DNA of 64,000 nt. It comes from Candidatus Poribacteria bacterium. Its GTDB lineage: Bacteria > Poribacteria > WGA-4E > PCPOR2b. The translations under genes and the position numbers were made by a program. The DNA lies in NCBI GenBank assembly GCA_965116925.1, contig OZ220744.1:256001-320000 (forward strand). Reading direction: 5' to 3'. Under the pieces are notes generated by a model. The model saw only the letters and a program-made list of their open reading frames with translations. It searched no databases and was not told the origin of the DNA. Positions 49,423 to 59,937 of the stretch are shown here, in pieces (positions within the stretch are counted from its first letter, which is position 1; every line of letters begins with the position of its first letter).

Positions 49423-50370
49423 TCAATACCCCTTCTGTTTATCCACTAGGTTAACCAACGGTTCACCTTTAACGTAGCGGTGTAGATTATCGACAAACAG
49501 GCGCATCGCACGAGAACGCATGTGCTGCGATGCCCCCGCACTATGAGAGGTCAAAATCACATTCGGCTCCGTCCATAATGGGCTATCCGGTGGACACGGC
49601 TCGATGTAAGTAACATCTAACCCCGCTCCAGCGAGCTTGCCGCTGTGCAGCGCTGCAATCATCGCATCTTCATCAATCACTTTACCTCGGCTAACATTGA
49701 CCAGATAGCTTCCATCCTGCAGAAGACCAAACTGCTCGTGCGATAGCAGTTTGTGAGTTTCAGGGGTACTTGGACAACAGACCATCACGACATTCGATTG
49801 TCTCATAAACTCCGAAAGCCAATCCAGTCCGCCCAGTTCATCGACGCAATCCGGTTTATCCATCGGCTCCGAATCAACCGCAATGACCTTAAACTCAAAC
49901 GCCTTTGCCCGTGCCGCAACCGCTCGACCGATGCCACCAAGCCCCAAAATTCCCATGGTCATCCCCGCCAATTCGATGCACGGGACGCGCTCCCAGTGTT
50001 TCTCCTTCATAAATTCCAGTTGTGCCGGAATGCTACGCGTCAGGGAGAGCAGGAGTGCGAAAGCGTGCTCAGAAATTTGTAAGCCATACAGTTTCTGACA
50101 GTTGGTCAAAATTACATCGCTTTCTTTGAAGGCAGTATACATCGTACCTTCGACGCCTGCTGAGGGTTGCTGCACCCAGCGTAACGCTTTAGCTTTGGGG
50201 AGATCTGCTTCACGGATCCCGCCGTAGATAATCTCGGTATCTGCGAGGTGATCGTCCAACGACTCACCCGGCGCTGGGAACTGAATATCTACCTCTGATG
50301 GCGCATCTTTGAGTATCGCCTCAACTTCAGGATCTTCACGTCTTGCCATCAACACTTTGCGTTTGGACAT
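49423..50370 (-). CDS. D-2-hydroxyacid dehydrogenase family
   Basis: GILGLGGIG, VNVSRG, AGAGLDV, TSHSAG. Confidence 0.92.
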   Translation of the reverse strand: MSKRKVLMARREDPEVEAILKDAPSEVDIQFPAPGESLDDHLADTEIIYGGIREADLPKAKALRWVQQPSAGVEGTMYTAFKESDVILTNCQKLYGLQISEHAFALLLSLTRSIPAQLEFMKEKHWERVPCIELAGMTMGILGLGGIGRAVAARAKAFEFKVIAVDSEPMDKPDCVDELGGLDWLSEFMRQSNVVMVCCPSTPETHKLLSHEQFGLLQDGSYLVNVSRGKVIDEDAMIAALHSGKLAGAGLDVTYIEPCPPDSPLWTEPNVILTSHSAGASQHMRSRAMRLFVDNLHRYVKGEPLVNLVDKQKGY

Positions 50371-50467
50371 AATAATCTCCTTTCATGTTTGCTTTCTCAA
50401 ACAATTGACAAAATCTAGCTGTATGTGCTACAATTTTTTCCATGATGTGATGGACTTGGTTCAGTCC

Positions 50468-50567
50468 GTAGGTTGGGTTGAACGGTTAAACGTCAATCCC
50501 TATCAATTCCAATAGAGGCTTGGTCGTCCAACAACACCCCCTTATGGACAGATAGAGTGAAACCCAA
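50468..50567 (+). repeat. about 100-bp GTAG-REP-derived repeat, copy 2
   Basis: Same ends as 49259..49359. Confidence 0.75.
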
Positions 50568-50759
50568 CTCCGTTTTTCATCGGAGTATCTCCTTTGCAAA
50601 AACTTATTTCATAAAAGTGTTCTTTTGTACCACGATCTGTTAGATTGTGATCCCAATCTGCAAACTAATAGTTCACGCTACTTATGTCAGATTGCCTGAT
50701 GATTACAGCATTTGCCGATCCCGATATCATTGAATCCCGGATAGATCGAGACTAAGAAA

Positions 50760-50966
50760 ATGAATTCAAAAAAAGGTGCTTCCCAGAAAAAGGCAATTCA
50801 GTCAGAAGTAAAGTCAATACCATCCCAAAAAAAGAACATAGACGAAAGATACAATCCTCCCAACCCAATACCAACATTCAAGGATCGTCCAAAACCTGAA
50901 TCACCCCTTTCACAACCGTCAAAACAGGAGCCAGCACCTTCTCCAACCCCATCGAAGAAAGATTAA
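50760..50966 (+). CDS. small Lys/Pro-rich hypothetical protein
   Basis: 68-aa low-complexity ORF, weak RBS. Confidence 0.3.
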   Translation: MNSKKGASQKKAIQSEVKSIPSQKKNIDERYNPPNPIPTFKDRPKPESPLSQPSKQEPAPSPTPSKKD

Positions 50967-50996
50967 CAGCGTAGCACCAAGTTAGGAAGATTTCGT

Positions 50997-52034
50997 TTAT
51001 CCAATTGTAACCTTTCGTCCCTCTTTCGCGCTATCGTAAAGAGCGTCAAGGATTTTCATGAACGTATAGGCATCTGTGGCAGAGACATCCGGCTCAACCT
51101 CGCCAGCGATCGCCATTGCGAAATGCTCAATCTCATAAAAGAAGACGGGGCGAGGTTCAGGAGGTTCGCTATGCTTTATATCTAGCGGTTCATCAATCTC
51201 CTCCCGGGTAAACTCACCATCTTTGTGCCTCGAAATCCCCCCGCCTGTGATTGCCCCCGTACTGCCGTAAAGTTCTATGATGGTTGGCGTGGGGGTATGC
51301 ACCATCCGTGAGCAATCGATCTGAATCGTTTTCCCGCCCTCCAAACCGACCAGTCCCGTGAAGTAATCATCGGCAGCACCCTCGGGACCATCGTATGCCG
51401 GATAAACTACATGTTTGGCACCAAACGCCCACTCTGGCTTCGGACAACCCATCCACCACCACGCCAGATCTAACTCATGAGAATAGTGCTGCCCTAACGA
51501 TCCCCCTTTCTGACCGTAGACATGCAGCCAACGATAGTTGTCGTCCGGGGGCGGGATATGATTATATTTCCCGAAGATCCGCGCATGATACGGATCTCCT
51601 ATCTTACCGTTAAGCACCGCCCTGCGGATTTGACGATTGTGAGGGTAGTGGCGCATGAAATAACAGAACTGCAGCGTCCTATCTGCCGCTTGCGCCGCCT
51701 CTGCCATCTCCGTGATCTCATCTGCCCGAATCGCATGAGGCTTCTGAACCAGCGCATGCTTACCCCCAGCAAGCGTCTCTATCACCATTGGCAGACGAAC
51801 ATCAGGAGCAGTGCCGAGATACACCGCGTCAATATCGTCATCTCCAAGAATCTCCCGGTAATCCGCGTAGACCCGTGGTACAGAATATTCCCCGGCGACC
51901 TCTTCGCGCCGCGCGGGATCGAGGTCTGCGAGCGCAACAGTGGTCATACGCGACATTACAGTGGTTGCGAAAATCGTTTGTCTGCCTGTAAAGCCACAGC
52001 CAACGACACCAAGTTTGATCGGCTGATCTGTCAT
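50997..52034 (-). CDS. Gfo/Idh/MocA family oxidoreductase
   Basis: GVVGCG, VQKPHA, SHELD. Confidence 0.9.
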   Translation of the reverse strand: MTDQPIKLGVVGCGFTGRQTIFATTVMSRMTTVALADLDPARREEVAGEYSVPRVYADYREILGDDDIDAVYLGTAPDVRLPMVIETLAGGKHALVQKPHAIRADEITEMAEAAQAADRTLQFCYFMRHYPHNRQIRRAVLNGKIGDPYHARIFGKYNHIPPPDDNYRWLHVYGQKGGSLGQHYSHELDLAWWWMGCPKPEWAFGAKHVVYPAYDGPEGAADDYFTGLVGLEGGKTIQIDCSRMVHTPTPTIIELYGSTGAITGGGISRHKDGEFTREEIDEPLDIKHSEPPEPRPVFFYEIEHFAMAIAGEVEPDVSATDAYTFMKILDALYDSAKEGRKVTIG

Positions 52035-52179
52035 GAACCTTCCTCCTTTATTTAGGTACTTTCAGTAGTACAATTCATAGTGCATTTTGGGAAAATTGAC
52101 GATAAATGTCTTGTAGGGAACAACGATCGTTATTCCCTACACCGTTCTTGCTGGTACGGAAGGGATAAAGGGTAAAGAT

Positions 52180-53838
52180 TCAAGGAATCATAGGCATCAC
52201 GCAACGAAAACCGAGGTAGTAATCTGCTAGTTGCGGATAGGTATGCGAACGATCGGCGACCCGCGCGTACCCGTACCCATCATGCCCTAACCCACAGCGC
52301 AGCACACGGTCTCCTTTAATGCGTTGTCCTTCAAAGCTTATCAAACCATCTAGAGGTTGAATGCTATCTCCCCTTGCAATTGGATCCCTTGCTATCGGAT
52401 TCTCACGTGGGGAATTTTCATAAAAATACCGATCATACTCATCAAGGCACCACTCCCACACCTGATCTGCCATACCGTAGAGTCCATACGGATTGGGGGC
52501 AGCTATCCCCATAGGTGTCCATACAAGGAATTTCTGACCTGCCAAGCCGCCCCGCGCCGCTTTCTCCCACTCTGCCTCCGTCGGCAAACGCTTACCCGCC
52601 CACTCCGCATACGCCACCGCAGCATACCAACTCACATAAACAACAGGGTGATTCCCTTTACCACTTGGATAGCTGTTTCCATGCCAATGCTTTAAATAAT
52701 GATTATCGCGGTATTTGCTATATCTGTACATTTTTTCCCACTCCGGGTTAGCATCAACAAACTTCTTATACTGTGCATTCGTCACCTCATGTACATCCAT
52801 ATAGAACGCATTAAGGTAGACGATATGGATTGGGCTTTCGTCAGGATCGGCATCTCTATCGCTGCTTCCCATCTTAAACTCGCCTGCAAGGATAGGCACC
52901 ATTTTCGCCCCATCCTTTCCAACAATCTCTTTTAGCCAGTTTATTTTTGTGCCCGATGTGATTTTGCCACCTTGAGACACAAAAACAAAATCCCCTCGGC
53001 TGAACTGGGGATCGTTGGTTTTACCGTACTGTGGAGTTTGGACATGCTTGTACTCTGGGACATGGTGGTTTAGATACAGCCCCAACTCTTCGCCTGTAAT
53101 GTAACCATCTGGAATCGGCTCCGTAACGCGCCCTTCCAACAGATCCAGAAATGCTGTCTTAAACACACTAGCGTCGGGGGTTGGCTCATTGGCACGACCT
53201 GCAACGATAAACTGCCTTGCGGGATATTTAACGCTATTCTGAACGGTGCACGGCTGCGGATTATGCGAGGTGTCGAGAACACTATCAGAAAAGCTGCTAT
53301 CGAACAGATATAACACATGGAGTGCTTCAATCTGTCTTGCCTCTTCTGCTAGTGATCGTATACTTACGTTTCGGCTCCCGTCAATTTTGCTAGTCGTCAT
53401 CGGCATCGGAGAGTCTACCATGACGAGATAGCCAGATTCTTCGCCGGTCTGTTTATTGATTTCCGTATGACCGTGGCCCGTATAATAAAACAAGAGGCGG
53501 CTATCTTTACCCTCTCCCTTCCTGATGAACGCCTCAAACGCAGCATCAAAATCAGCTTTCTTGAGATCTGTTTCCAGTGTGACGATGAAGCTATGTTTTT
53601 CAAGAACAGCAGCGACCTCTTTTACATCTTCGAGAACTCCATCAAGTGGATTCCAGCCGTTTGTATAGCTTCCGTTTCCGACGACGAGGGCATAAGATTC
53701 CTTGTAGAGGCCGATTTCTCCAGTTTCGGTGTAGACACTGATTTGCTTGTCATGTTGCCAAAACAACTTATTGACAATGCTCAGAACAAGGGCAACACAG
53801 AGAATCCCCAAAAGCAGAAATAGCGCAATCTTTTTCAC
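52180..53838 (-). CDS. caspase-like domain fused to an FGE/SUMF1 domain
   Basis: [39 protein letters not shown]. Confidence 0.85.
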   Translation of the reverse strand: MKKIALFLLLGILCVALVLSIVNKLFWQHDKQISVYTETGEIGLYKESYALVVGNGSYTNGWNPLDGVLEDVKEVAAVLEKHSFIVTLETDLKKADFDAAFEAFIRKGEGKDSRLLFYYTGHGHTEINKQTGEESGYLVMVDSPMPMTTSKIDGSRNVSIRSLAEEARQIEALHVLYLFDSSFSDSVLDTSHNPQPCTVQNSVKYPARQFIVAGRANEPTPDASVFKTAFLDLLEGRVTEPIPDGYITGEELGLYLNHHVPEYKHVQTPQYGKTNDPQFSRGDFVFVSQGGKITSGTKINWLKEIVGKDGAKMVPILAGEFKMGSSDRDADPDESPIHIVYLNAFYMDVHEVTNAQYKKFVDANPEWEKMYRYSKYRDNHYLKHWHGNSYPSGKGNHPVVYVSWYAAVAYAEWAGKRLPTEAEWEKAARGGLAGQKFLVWTPMGIAAPNPYGLYGMADQVWEWCLDEYDRYFYENSPRENPIARDPIARGDSIQPLDGLISFEGQRIKGDRVLRCGLGHDGYGYARVADRSHTYPQLADYYLGFRCVMPMIP

Positions 53839-53939
53839 TGGATTGTCTCCTCTGTATAGCCTTGGTTATCGGAGGTGTCGTGATACTCTGAAAATAACAC
53901 GAAACATCATCTAAAGAGACAAATTTATCTAAAGGGATT

Positions 53940-55118
53940 TCAGGAAGTCATACACAGGCAATCCTGATAAACCGCTTCCAGCTGCTGGATAGACCTATTG
54001 CTATCAAACATCTCCTCAATTTTTCGCCTTGCATTTCGCCCCAGATATACTGCCAATTCCTGATCGGTTAAAATATCATTGATCGCTTCCGCCAATGCCC
54101 CGCTCGCCCGTGGTGGAATAAGTAGCCCATTTTCTTGATGGTCAATAAGGTCGAGAACGCCTCCAACGCTCGAAGCGATGCACGGTAGCCCAACCCCCAT
54201 CGCTTCAATGAGAGCGTTTGGTGAGCTTTCATGCAGCGATGGGAGGACGAAAAGGTGTGCGGTAGATAGCATAGAAAAAATATCGTCGCAGAAACCGGGC
54301 ATCTGTATCCGATCTGACAGAGAGTAACGATTGGCAAGCTGCGCTAAGTCCATTCTCAAGGCACCATCGCCTAGAATTGTCGCTGTGAAGTTTTGCCGGT
54401 TGAATTTTGTGTTGAGCAGGTGCAACGCTTCAATGAGATACTGATGCCCTTTCTCCGCAGTCAATCGACCAACACTCACAATATGCCAGACAAATGGAGT
54501 GTCACAAGGCGATTTTTGAGGTAAGTCGGGCAGCTCTAGGAAATTCCGAATTGCGAGGATACGCTTGTCGGGATAACGGTGTTGAAGGTTGTCTCGAATA
54601 CAGTCGGAATTGGTTAAGAGGGTATCGGCGTGGCGGTAGATGAGTTTTTCTGTCAGCCACAGTCTGGTGCGACCATATCTCGCATAATAGTCACCTCGCT
54701 GTGAGACAATCAGAGGGCAGTGCGTACCCGATCTTAGAGGGAATAAAGAGAATTGGCGAACGAGCCCACAAAGAAGATTGGAATACCAAAGCCAACTATG
54801 GATAATTGCCGGCTTCACCGATTTTATAATACCTACTAACCTGAAAGCCTTCTGTACCAAGGATAGTATAGGAAATCTGCTCTGGTAGGGTTGAGATTCA
54901 AAGCGACTTGCATCATGTAGGACGACAATTTCCTGGACGATCGGGAGTGCTGCAAGCTGCTCATAGGAAACACCAGGCTCACGACTTAACACGATAAAGG
55001 CTTCAAACTTATCTATCGGTAGTCGCGCTAAGGTCTTGAGCAACTGCGTCTCAGCCCCGCCTCTGCCCATAGAATCGATAACGTAGAGAATTCGAGTCCG
55101 ACTCAAAGCATACACCAT
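53940..55118 (-). CDS. GT4 family glycosyltransferase
   Basis: GGAE, VGRL..EKG, ESSPNALIEAM. Confidence 0.9.
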   Translation of the reverse strand: MVYALSRTRILYVIDSMGRGGAETQLLKTLARLPIDKFEAFIVLSREPGVSYEQLAALPIVQEIVVLHDASRFESQPYQSRFPILSLVQKAFRLVGIIKSVKPAIIHSWLWYSNLLCGLVRQFSLFPLRSGTHCPLIVSQRGDYYARYGRTRLWLTEKLIYRHADTLLTNSDCIRDNLQHRYPDKRILAIRNFLELPDLPQKSPCDTPFVWHIVSVGRLTAEKGHQYLIEALHLLNTKFNRQNFTATILGDGALRMDLAQLANRYSLSDRIQMPGFCDDIFSMLSTAHLFVLPSLHESSPNALIEAMGVGLPCIASSVGGVLDLIDHQENGLLIPPRASGALAEAINDILTDQELAVYLGRNARRKIEEMFDSNRSIQQLEAVYQDCLCMTS

Positions 55119-55199
55119 CTGTTTGTAATTTATAACTGGTTGTGTGAAGTAGTGCTACAGACGCACACATCAGACTGACCACTACAAACTCAGAAATTG

Positions 55200-55622
55200 T
55201 CATTGGTTGAGTGCTTCAATTATCAATTGTGCTAGTCCCACTGCTTCTTCAGCGATAGCCAGTGCACTACGAGCATCATCTTCATTGAATAATTCCCAAG
55301 GCGTGACCCCTTCCATCTCATCACCGTAGTCAGTCTGGACATGCACATCAAAGCCTAACATCTCAGCCTGTTCAGAAAGCCTCTCAACGTATTTTTGGTG
55401 AGATGGAGAAAATACTTGCAGCACCTCGCGCAATAACAAAGCGGGTTGATGGGTTCTGCCTACAGGTCCCACCAAAGCTAACACAGCTTTAGCTGCATTT
55501 TCTGTTGCTAATTGTGCGTTGTCCACCGTAGAACGCCAACGCGTCAATGCAACATCCTGACGACTCTCCTCTAGGAAACCCTGTGCGATTCTAAAACGAT
55601 ACGTCGCGTCTGTGGACCTCAT
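55200..55622 (-). CDS. HEPN domain protein
   Basis: AQLATENAAKA..GRTH; start overlaps the stop of the MNT gene. Confidence 0.8.
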   Translation of the reverse strand: MRSTDATYRFRIAQGFLEESRQDVALTRWRSTVDNAQLATENAAKAVLALVGPVGRTHQPALLLREVLQVFSPSHQKYVERLSEQAEMLGFDVHVQTDYGDEMEGVTPWELFNEDDARSALAIAEEAVGLAQLIIEALNQ

Positions 55623-56101
55623 CACATCTCCGTGTCCCATTCGATAGACCAATCGAAGCCGGGGAACTTATCCCACTGCCAAGCAAAACTCCCCTCGATT
55701 TTTTCTCGTCGCAGCCCCTTCTTACGGATTAATGTCTGCAGATGGGATAGTTTTTCCTGCATATAACGGTGGGGATCATAAAGTACAATCCCGTCTAGGG
55801 CAATATCCAAGTAAAAAGCTGGCAATGCGGCTTCAAATTCTTTTGGTGTTTTTGCTATGAGGGAAATAGCAGCGCGCCACTTCAGTGGCAGTTGCGCTTT
55901 CAAGAAGGTATGACGGCGAAATGAGCGATCTGGCAGGTCATGAGCAATGACGAGGATATCCCAATCGCTTTCCTCGTGGGCATCGCCTCGTGCACGTGAG
56001 CCGAAGAGCACAATTGCCACCAAACAGTCCCTTAGTTTTTCCCTCAATTCCTCAACGACTTCATTGAGAGCTAATATTTGTGCTGACTGTAATCCGTTCA
56101 T
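55622..56101 (-). CDS. minimal nucleotidyltransferase (MNT)
   Basis: LFGSRARGD....SDWDILVI. Confidence 0.88.
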   Translation of the reverse strand: MNGLQSAQILALNEVVEELREKLRDCLVAIVLFGSRARGDAHEESDWDILVIAHDLPDRSFRRHTFLKAQLPLKWRAAISLIAKTPKEFEAALPAFYLDIALDGIVLYDPHRYMQEKLSHLQTLIRKKGLRREKIEGSFAWQWDKFPGFDWSIEWDTEM

Positions 56102-56203
56102 TGTCTCCCAACTTACGACAGTTTATCCTGTCAAAGTTGTGCCCTCCTTAGCACTTACCCGCGAACCTATCGTTTGGTTCAAGAATCTTTAAACTTCAAA
56201 AGG

Positions 56204-57181
56204 TTATCTTTCAGATTCGGCTGCGTTCAATCTCTCAAGGCACGCTGCCATATAACCGATCGTAAAGGCGCGTGCACGGTGCCCCTGCGGTGTATCATTT
56301 ATCATATTCGGAACATGGTCCGTAATCATCCACCCGTTGAATCCGCTTTCCTTTAATGCCCGCATCACCTCAAACATATCGCAGTTCCCATCATTTACGA
56401 AGGATTCCGCAAACTTGGGAACATACCCCTGCACATCCCGGAAATGAACGTAGAAAATCCGATCGCGTTCGCCAAAGTAACGGACAGCATCAATTACCCC
56501 GGGTCCCATCTCAGACCAAGAACCCACACAAAAATCAAGCCCGTGCATCGGGCTGTCGACGAGCGATATGCCGTGCTTGAAACCTTCAAAGCTACGAAAC
56601 AGACGAGGTATCCCTGCAAGAGATTCGACCGGCGGGTCGTCGGGATGGAGCGCAAGCCGTACACCTGCCTCCTCTGCGACGGGAAGAATCGCCTGCATGT
56701 AGTATTCGTAATATTCCCACATCTCCTCTTCCGTGTAGACCCGTCCGTGGGTAAGTGGTGCATCTTTTACAAGTTCCATATCAAAACTGGTAACTGTTGC
56801 ACCTCCCCGAGTGGGCGTCGTGTTGGAAGTCCGCCATACACTGTTGGGCATCCAGTGATAACCAAGCGTATCAATACCTGCTGCGCCCATATTGCGGATG
56901 GTAGCTGCCATATTCTCAATCTGTTCATCCCGTCCGGGCAAACCGAGCATGATTTTGTCATAAAAAGAGGGTGGAACATTCTCAATGGCAGCGAGGCGGG
57001 GACCCACATTTTCGATCGCCGTTCGCATCTGTAGCAGATCCATAAATTCCCAACGCCCATCGCCCGGCAGTCGAGGGTTAGCCATGACCACAGCCTCAAC
57101 CCCCAGTTGATTGACAAAGGTCAGCCATTCCTCGTCCACTTCGCCGAATAGGTACAAGCCAAGTTCCATTTTGCGTTCCAT
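56204..57181 (-). CDS. uxuA: mannonate dehydratase family
   Basis: LPVAEEAGVRLALHPDDPP, VHFRDV, DHVP. Confidence 0.88.
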   Translation of the reverse strand: MERKMELGLYLFGEVDEEWLTFVNQLGVEAVVMANPRLPGDGRWEFMDLLQMRTAIENVGPRLAAIENVPPSFYDKIMLGLPGRDEQIENMAATIRNMGAAGIDTLGYHWMPNSVWRTSNTTPTRGGATVTSFDMELVKDAPLTHGRVYTEEEMWEYYEYYMQAILPVAEEAGVRLALHPDDPPVESLAGIPRLFRSFEGFKHGISLVDSPMHGLDFCVGSWSEMGPGVIDAVRYFGERDRIFYVHFRDVQGYVPKFAESFVNDGNCDMFEVMRALKESGFNGWMITDHVPNMINDTPQGHRARAFTIGYMAACLERLNAAESER

Positions 57182-57216
57182 AATATCTTCCTTCCCAAAG
57201 TAAGAGCATTTATGGG

Positions 57217-57666
57217 TCAAAACAGTTTATTACTATCTAGCATCATCGTGACAGGTCCATCGTTAATCAGCTCGACATCCATCATCGCCTGAAATACACC
57301 AGCCTTGACAGGCACCCCCAACCGCGAGATCTCGTCCATAAACGCTTGGTAGAGCGGGTCCGCTTTCTCAGGACGGGCAGCAGCAATGAAACTAGGACGT
57401 CTCCCCTTGCGACAATCCCCACAGAGTGTGAATTGAGAGACAACAAGTGCTTCACCACCGATATCTAAAATGGATAAATTCATTCGTCCTTCGTTATCTT
57501 CAAAGATTCGGAGATTGGCGATCTTGCTTGCCATATAATCGACATCGGCAGGGGTATCCTCTTGAGCGACGCCGAGAAAAACGAGCAATCCCACCCGAAT
57601 CTCCGAGACAACAGCTCCTTCGACGGTTACACTAGCAGATTTAACACGTTGTATAACAGCTCTCAT
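57217..57666 (-). CDS. dtd: D-aminoacyl-tRNA deacylase
   Basis: [20 protein letters not shown]. Confidence 0.96.
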   Translation of the reverse strand: MRAVIQRVKSASVTVEGAVVSEIRVGLLVFLGVAQEDTPADVDYMASKIANLRIFEDNEGRMNLSILDIGGEALVVSQFTLCGDCRKGRRPSFIAAARPEKADPLYQAFMDEISRLGVPVKAGVFQAMMDVELINDGPVTMMLDSNKLF

Positions 57667-57802
57667 ATCTCACCGTAATTTTCTCATGATACATCAATTT
57701 TGAAATCATATTTGGTAGGATGCGTATATTCTAACATAGACAATTTGCAACGGACAAGATTCTTCTTCCGATCAGCTATTGACTATTTTTACGGGGATGG
57801 AT

Positions 57803-58912
57803 CTAAAAGGCTATCAATCCTTCTGGAATTTCAGCTTCGTATACCTGACTGTGCCCAGTGCGATCCGATGTGTAAACCACTAGTCTCCCATCGGGACTGA
57901 AAGAAGGGTGCGGGTGGGTATGTTGCTCGGAGTGGACCTTAACTGGTCCCTTCGCATACGGAAACGGACCGTTCCAGTGTTCACCGATGGAGGACGCCTC
58001 CGGGTAGCACAGTGTCACAGGTTTTCCGATTCCATCGCGCGGATCGAAAAGCTGAATACCAATGTCGGGAAAGTTTGTGTCGGCAACCATCAGTGTGCCT
58101 TGACGGTTACAGATTGCATGCCAAGCGTTACAAGACGTCACGCGCCGCTCAACACCTGTATCTACATGGACGCATCGGATACCGTGAGGCCAATCAACGA
58201 ATGCCAACTCGCGTGTGCCGGGAATCCACGACTCATGGGTGATCCATTCGTTTTTTTTACCGTTACGGACGTACAACCGACGGTTGTCGCTGCCCTCCCG
58301 CCGAATCACCCAGACACGGTCAGTCAGTGGACCCGCGTAGAAAAGCAGGTTTGCATCGTCCGGGCAGAATTGCAAATGACCAACACTGTCACGGCGGAGA
58401 ATAATTTCATGTTCACCGGTTTCAGTGTTGATTATTGCTAACGCTGAGACCTCACCAACGTTGAAGCGTACAGCCCACCACCGATCGTCGTAACTCAGTC
58501 CTGTTGTTCCCGCTACAGGAGAAACCGCACTTTTTTCTTCGCTCTGTGTTGCGGCAAAATTGACCATCTCCTGTTCTTCAAGGGTTTCAAGGTCTAACCG
58601 CCATGCGCTTGTGCCCGCCGTGAAGAAAACGGCACTACCATCGTGTGAGGGGTAGACCGACCAATCGCTGAGATCCGGACGATCCGTCAGTTGGATAAGC
58701 GAGCCAGTAGAACGCTCTTCAGCAAAGATCTGGGGTGAACCGGTACGGCATGAAATGAAAATCAACCACCGCATATCGTCATCATACGCGGGAATAAAAA
58801 AGAAGGGGTGGTGATGAATTGACGGGTGATCCGTTACCTGCCGAATCTTCGTGCCGGTGTGTGCATCCTGAAGCGTCTTAGCTTCCGATGGATAAATTGT
58901 ACCTTTAGACAT
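57803..58912 (-). CDS. oligogalacturonate lyase-like beta-propeller
   Basis: D..TG..I.QVT, GHLQFCP, THESW, HPHPSFSPDG..V.YTSDRTG. Confidence 0.8.
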   Translation of the reverse strand: MSKGTIYPSEAKTLQDAHTGTKIRQVTDHPSIHHHPFFFIPAYDDDMRWLIFISCRTGSPQIFAEERSTGSLIQLTDRPDLSDWSVYPSHDGSAVFFTAGTSAWRLDLETLEEQEMVNFAATQSEEKSAVSPVAGTTGLSYDDRWWAVRFNVGEVSALAIINTETGEHEIILRRDSVGHLQFCPDDANLLFYAGPLTDRVWVIRREGSDNRRLYVRNGKKNEWITHESWIPGTRELAFVDWPHGIRCVHVDTGVERRVTSCNAWHAICNRQGTLMVADTNFPDIGIQLFDPRDGIGKPVTLCYPEASSIGEHWNGPFPYAKGPVKVHSEQHTHPHPSFSPDGRLVVYTSDRTGHSQVYEAEIPEGLIAF

Positions 58913-58951
58913 CTTTTCCTTATATTGATAGATTCTGAGGAATTTCCGTAT

Positions 58952-59752
58952 TTATTCCTCCAACACAGGGCGATCGAGCCGCGTATGATACGGTGGTTCC
59001 ATTACCGCCCGCTGTCTCTCATTTGCCCATTCAGGAACGGGATAGGCTGGAACATACGCTAAGTTGCCCGCCGTGTAGCGGGTTAATATCGACCGACGTG
59101 GTTCATCCGATGTCCAAGGCAACGTCCCATGCGTCACCGCTTCCGTGAAGATGATAACGCCACCCGCTCTGCACACAACCTGCCGTACATGCTCCTGATA
59201 GTTCTCATAACGCCGCATCTCTTGAGGGCATGGGAAATTGCTCTTATGGCTGCCCGGAATAACTATCAATCCACCGTCACCCGGATTTACATCCGTGAGT
59301 TGGAACGCCACGACGGTCAGTCCACAGTGCATTTGACCGTTGCGGCAGATGTAATATTGATTTGGATCAAAACCCGGCCCCGAAGATCCATGGAAAATGA
59401 ACCCTTCCGCTCCTTTTTCCATCGACAGTAGAAACATGTGGTGATCCATCCGAAAGCCTTTGCCAAGGATTTGGTTGAGGTAGGGGACTATTCGTGGGTG
59501 TGCTAACATCTCTCGAAAGGGATTGCACCACGGTTCTTCCCAGTTGAGCATATTACCTAGTTCCCCGCGTCCTTTATCACCTCTGAGCGCAGGGGAACCA
59601 CCGTCTAAGGCCTGATCGCGCGGGCGAGTGCGCCCCTGATCCCCATGGCGGTCAATGGCTTCGTTGGCAAAGGCAACCTCATCCGGCGTGAGCACATCCT
59701 CAATCACGAGATAGCCGTTGAGATCAAACAGATATTTTTCGGCATCATTCAT
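58952..59752 (-). CDS. PhyH family dioxygenase
   Basis: YLFDLNGYLVI, GG..VIPGSHK, THGTLPW. Confidence 0.85.
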   Translation of the reverse strand: MNDAEKYLFDLNGYLVIEDVLTPDEVAFANEAIDRHGDQGRTRPRDQALDGGSPALRGDKGRGELGNMLNWEEPWCNPFREMLAHPRIVPYLNQILGKGFRMDHHMFLLSMEKGAEGFIFHGSSGPGFDPNQYYICRNGQMHCGLTVVAFQLTDVNPGDGGLIVIPGSHKSNFPCPQEMRRYENYQEHVRQVVCRAGGVIIFTEAVTHGTLPWTSDEPRRSILTRYTAGNLAYVPAYPVPEWANERQRAVMEPPYHTRLDRPVLEE

Positions 59753-59810
59753 GGGTTAATATCCTCCTCATTACAAAATCAGAATGGTGTTACAACCTTA
59801 CTCATGAGAT

Positions 59811-59918
59811 TATAGTGAATTTAAAAAATAAATAGACACTTTCGCTCTCCATGTTTGGTAGGCGCTGTTTCCAACTGCGCCGATTTGGAGTGTTTCATTA
59901 ATTCTAAAATTTACTATA
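59811..59918. mobile_element. MITE-like family B copy 2
   Basis: Highly similar to 27695..27803. Confidence 0.7.
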
Positions 59919-59937
59919 AGATTTTCTGCTACACGCA

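Noticed and set aside
52180..52400. FGE C-terminus as a possible DGR variable region
   Set aside because: No reverse transcriptase and no template-repeat copy seen in the window
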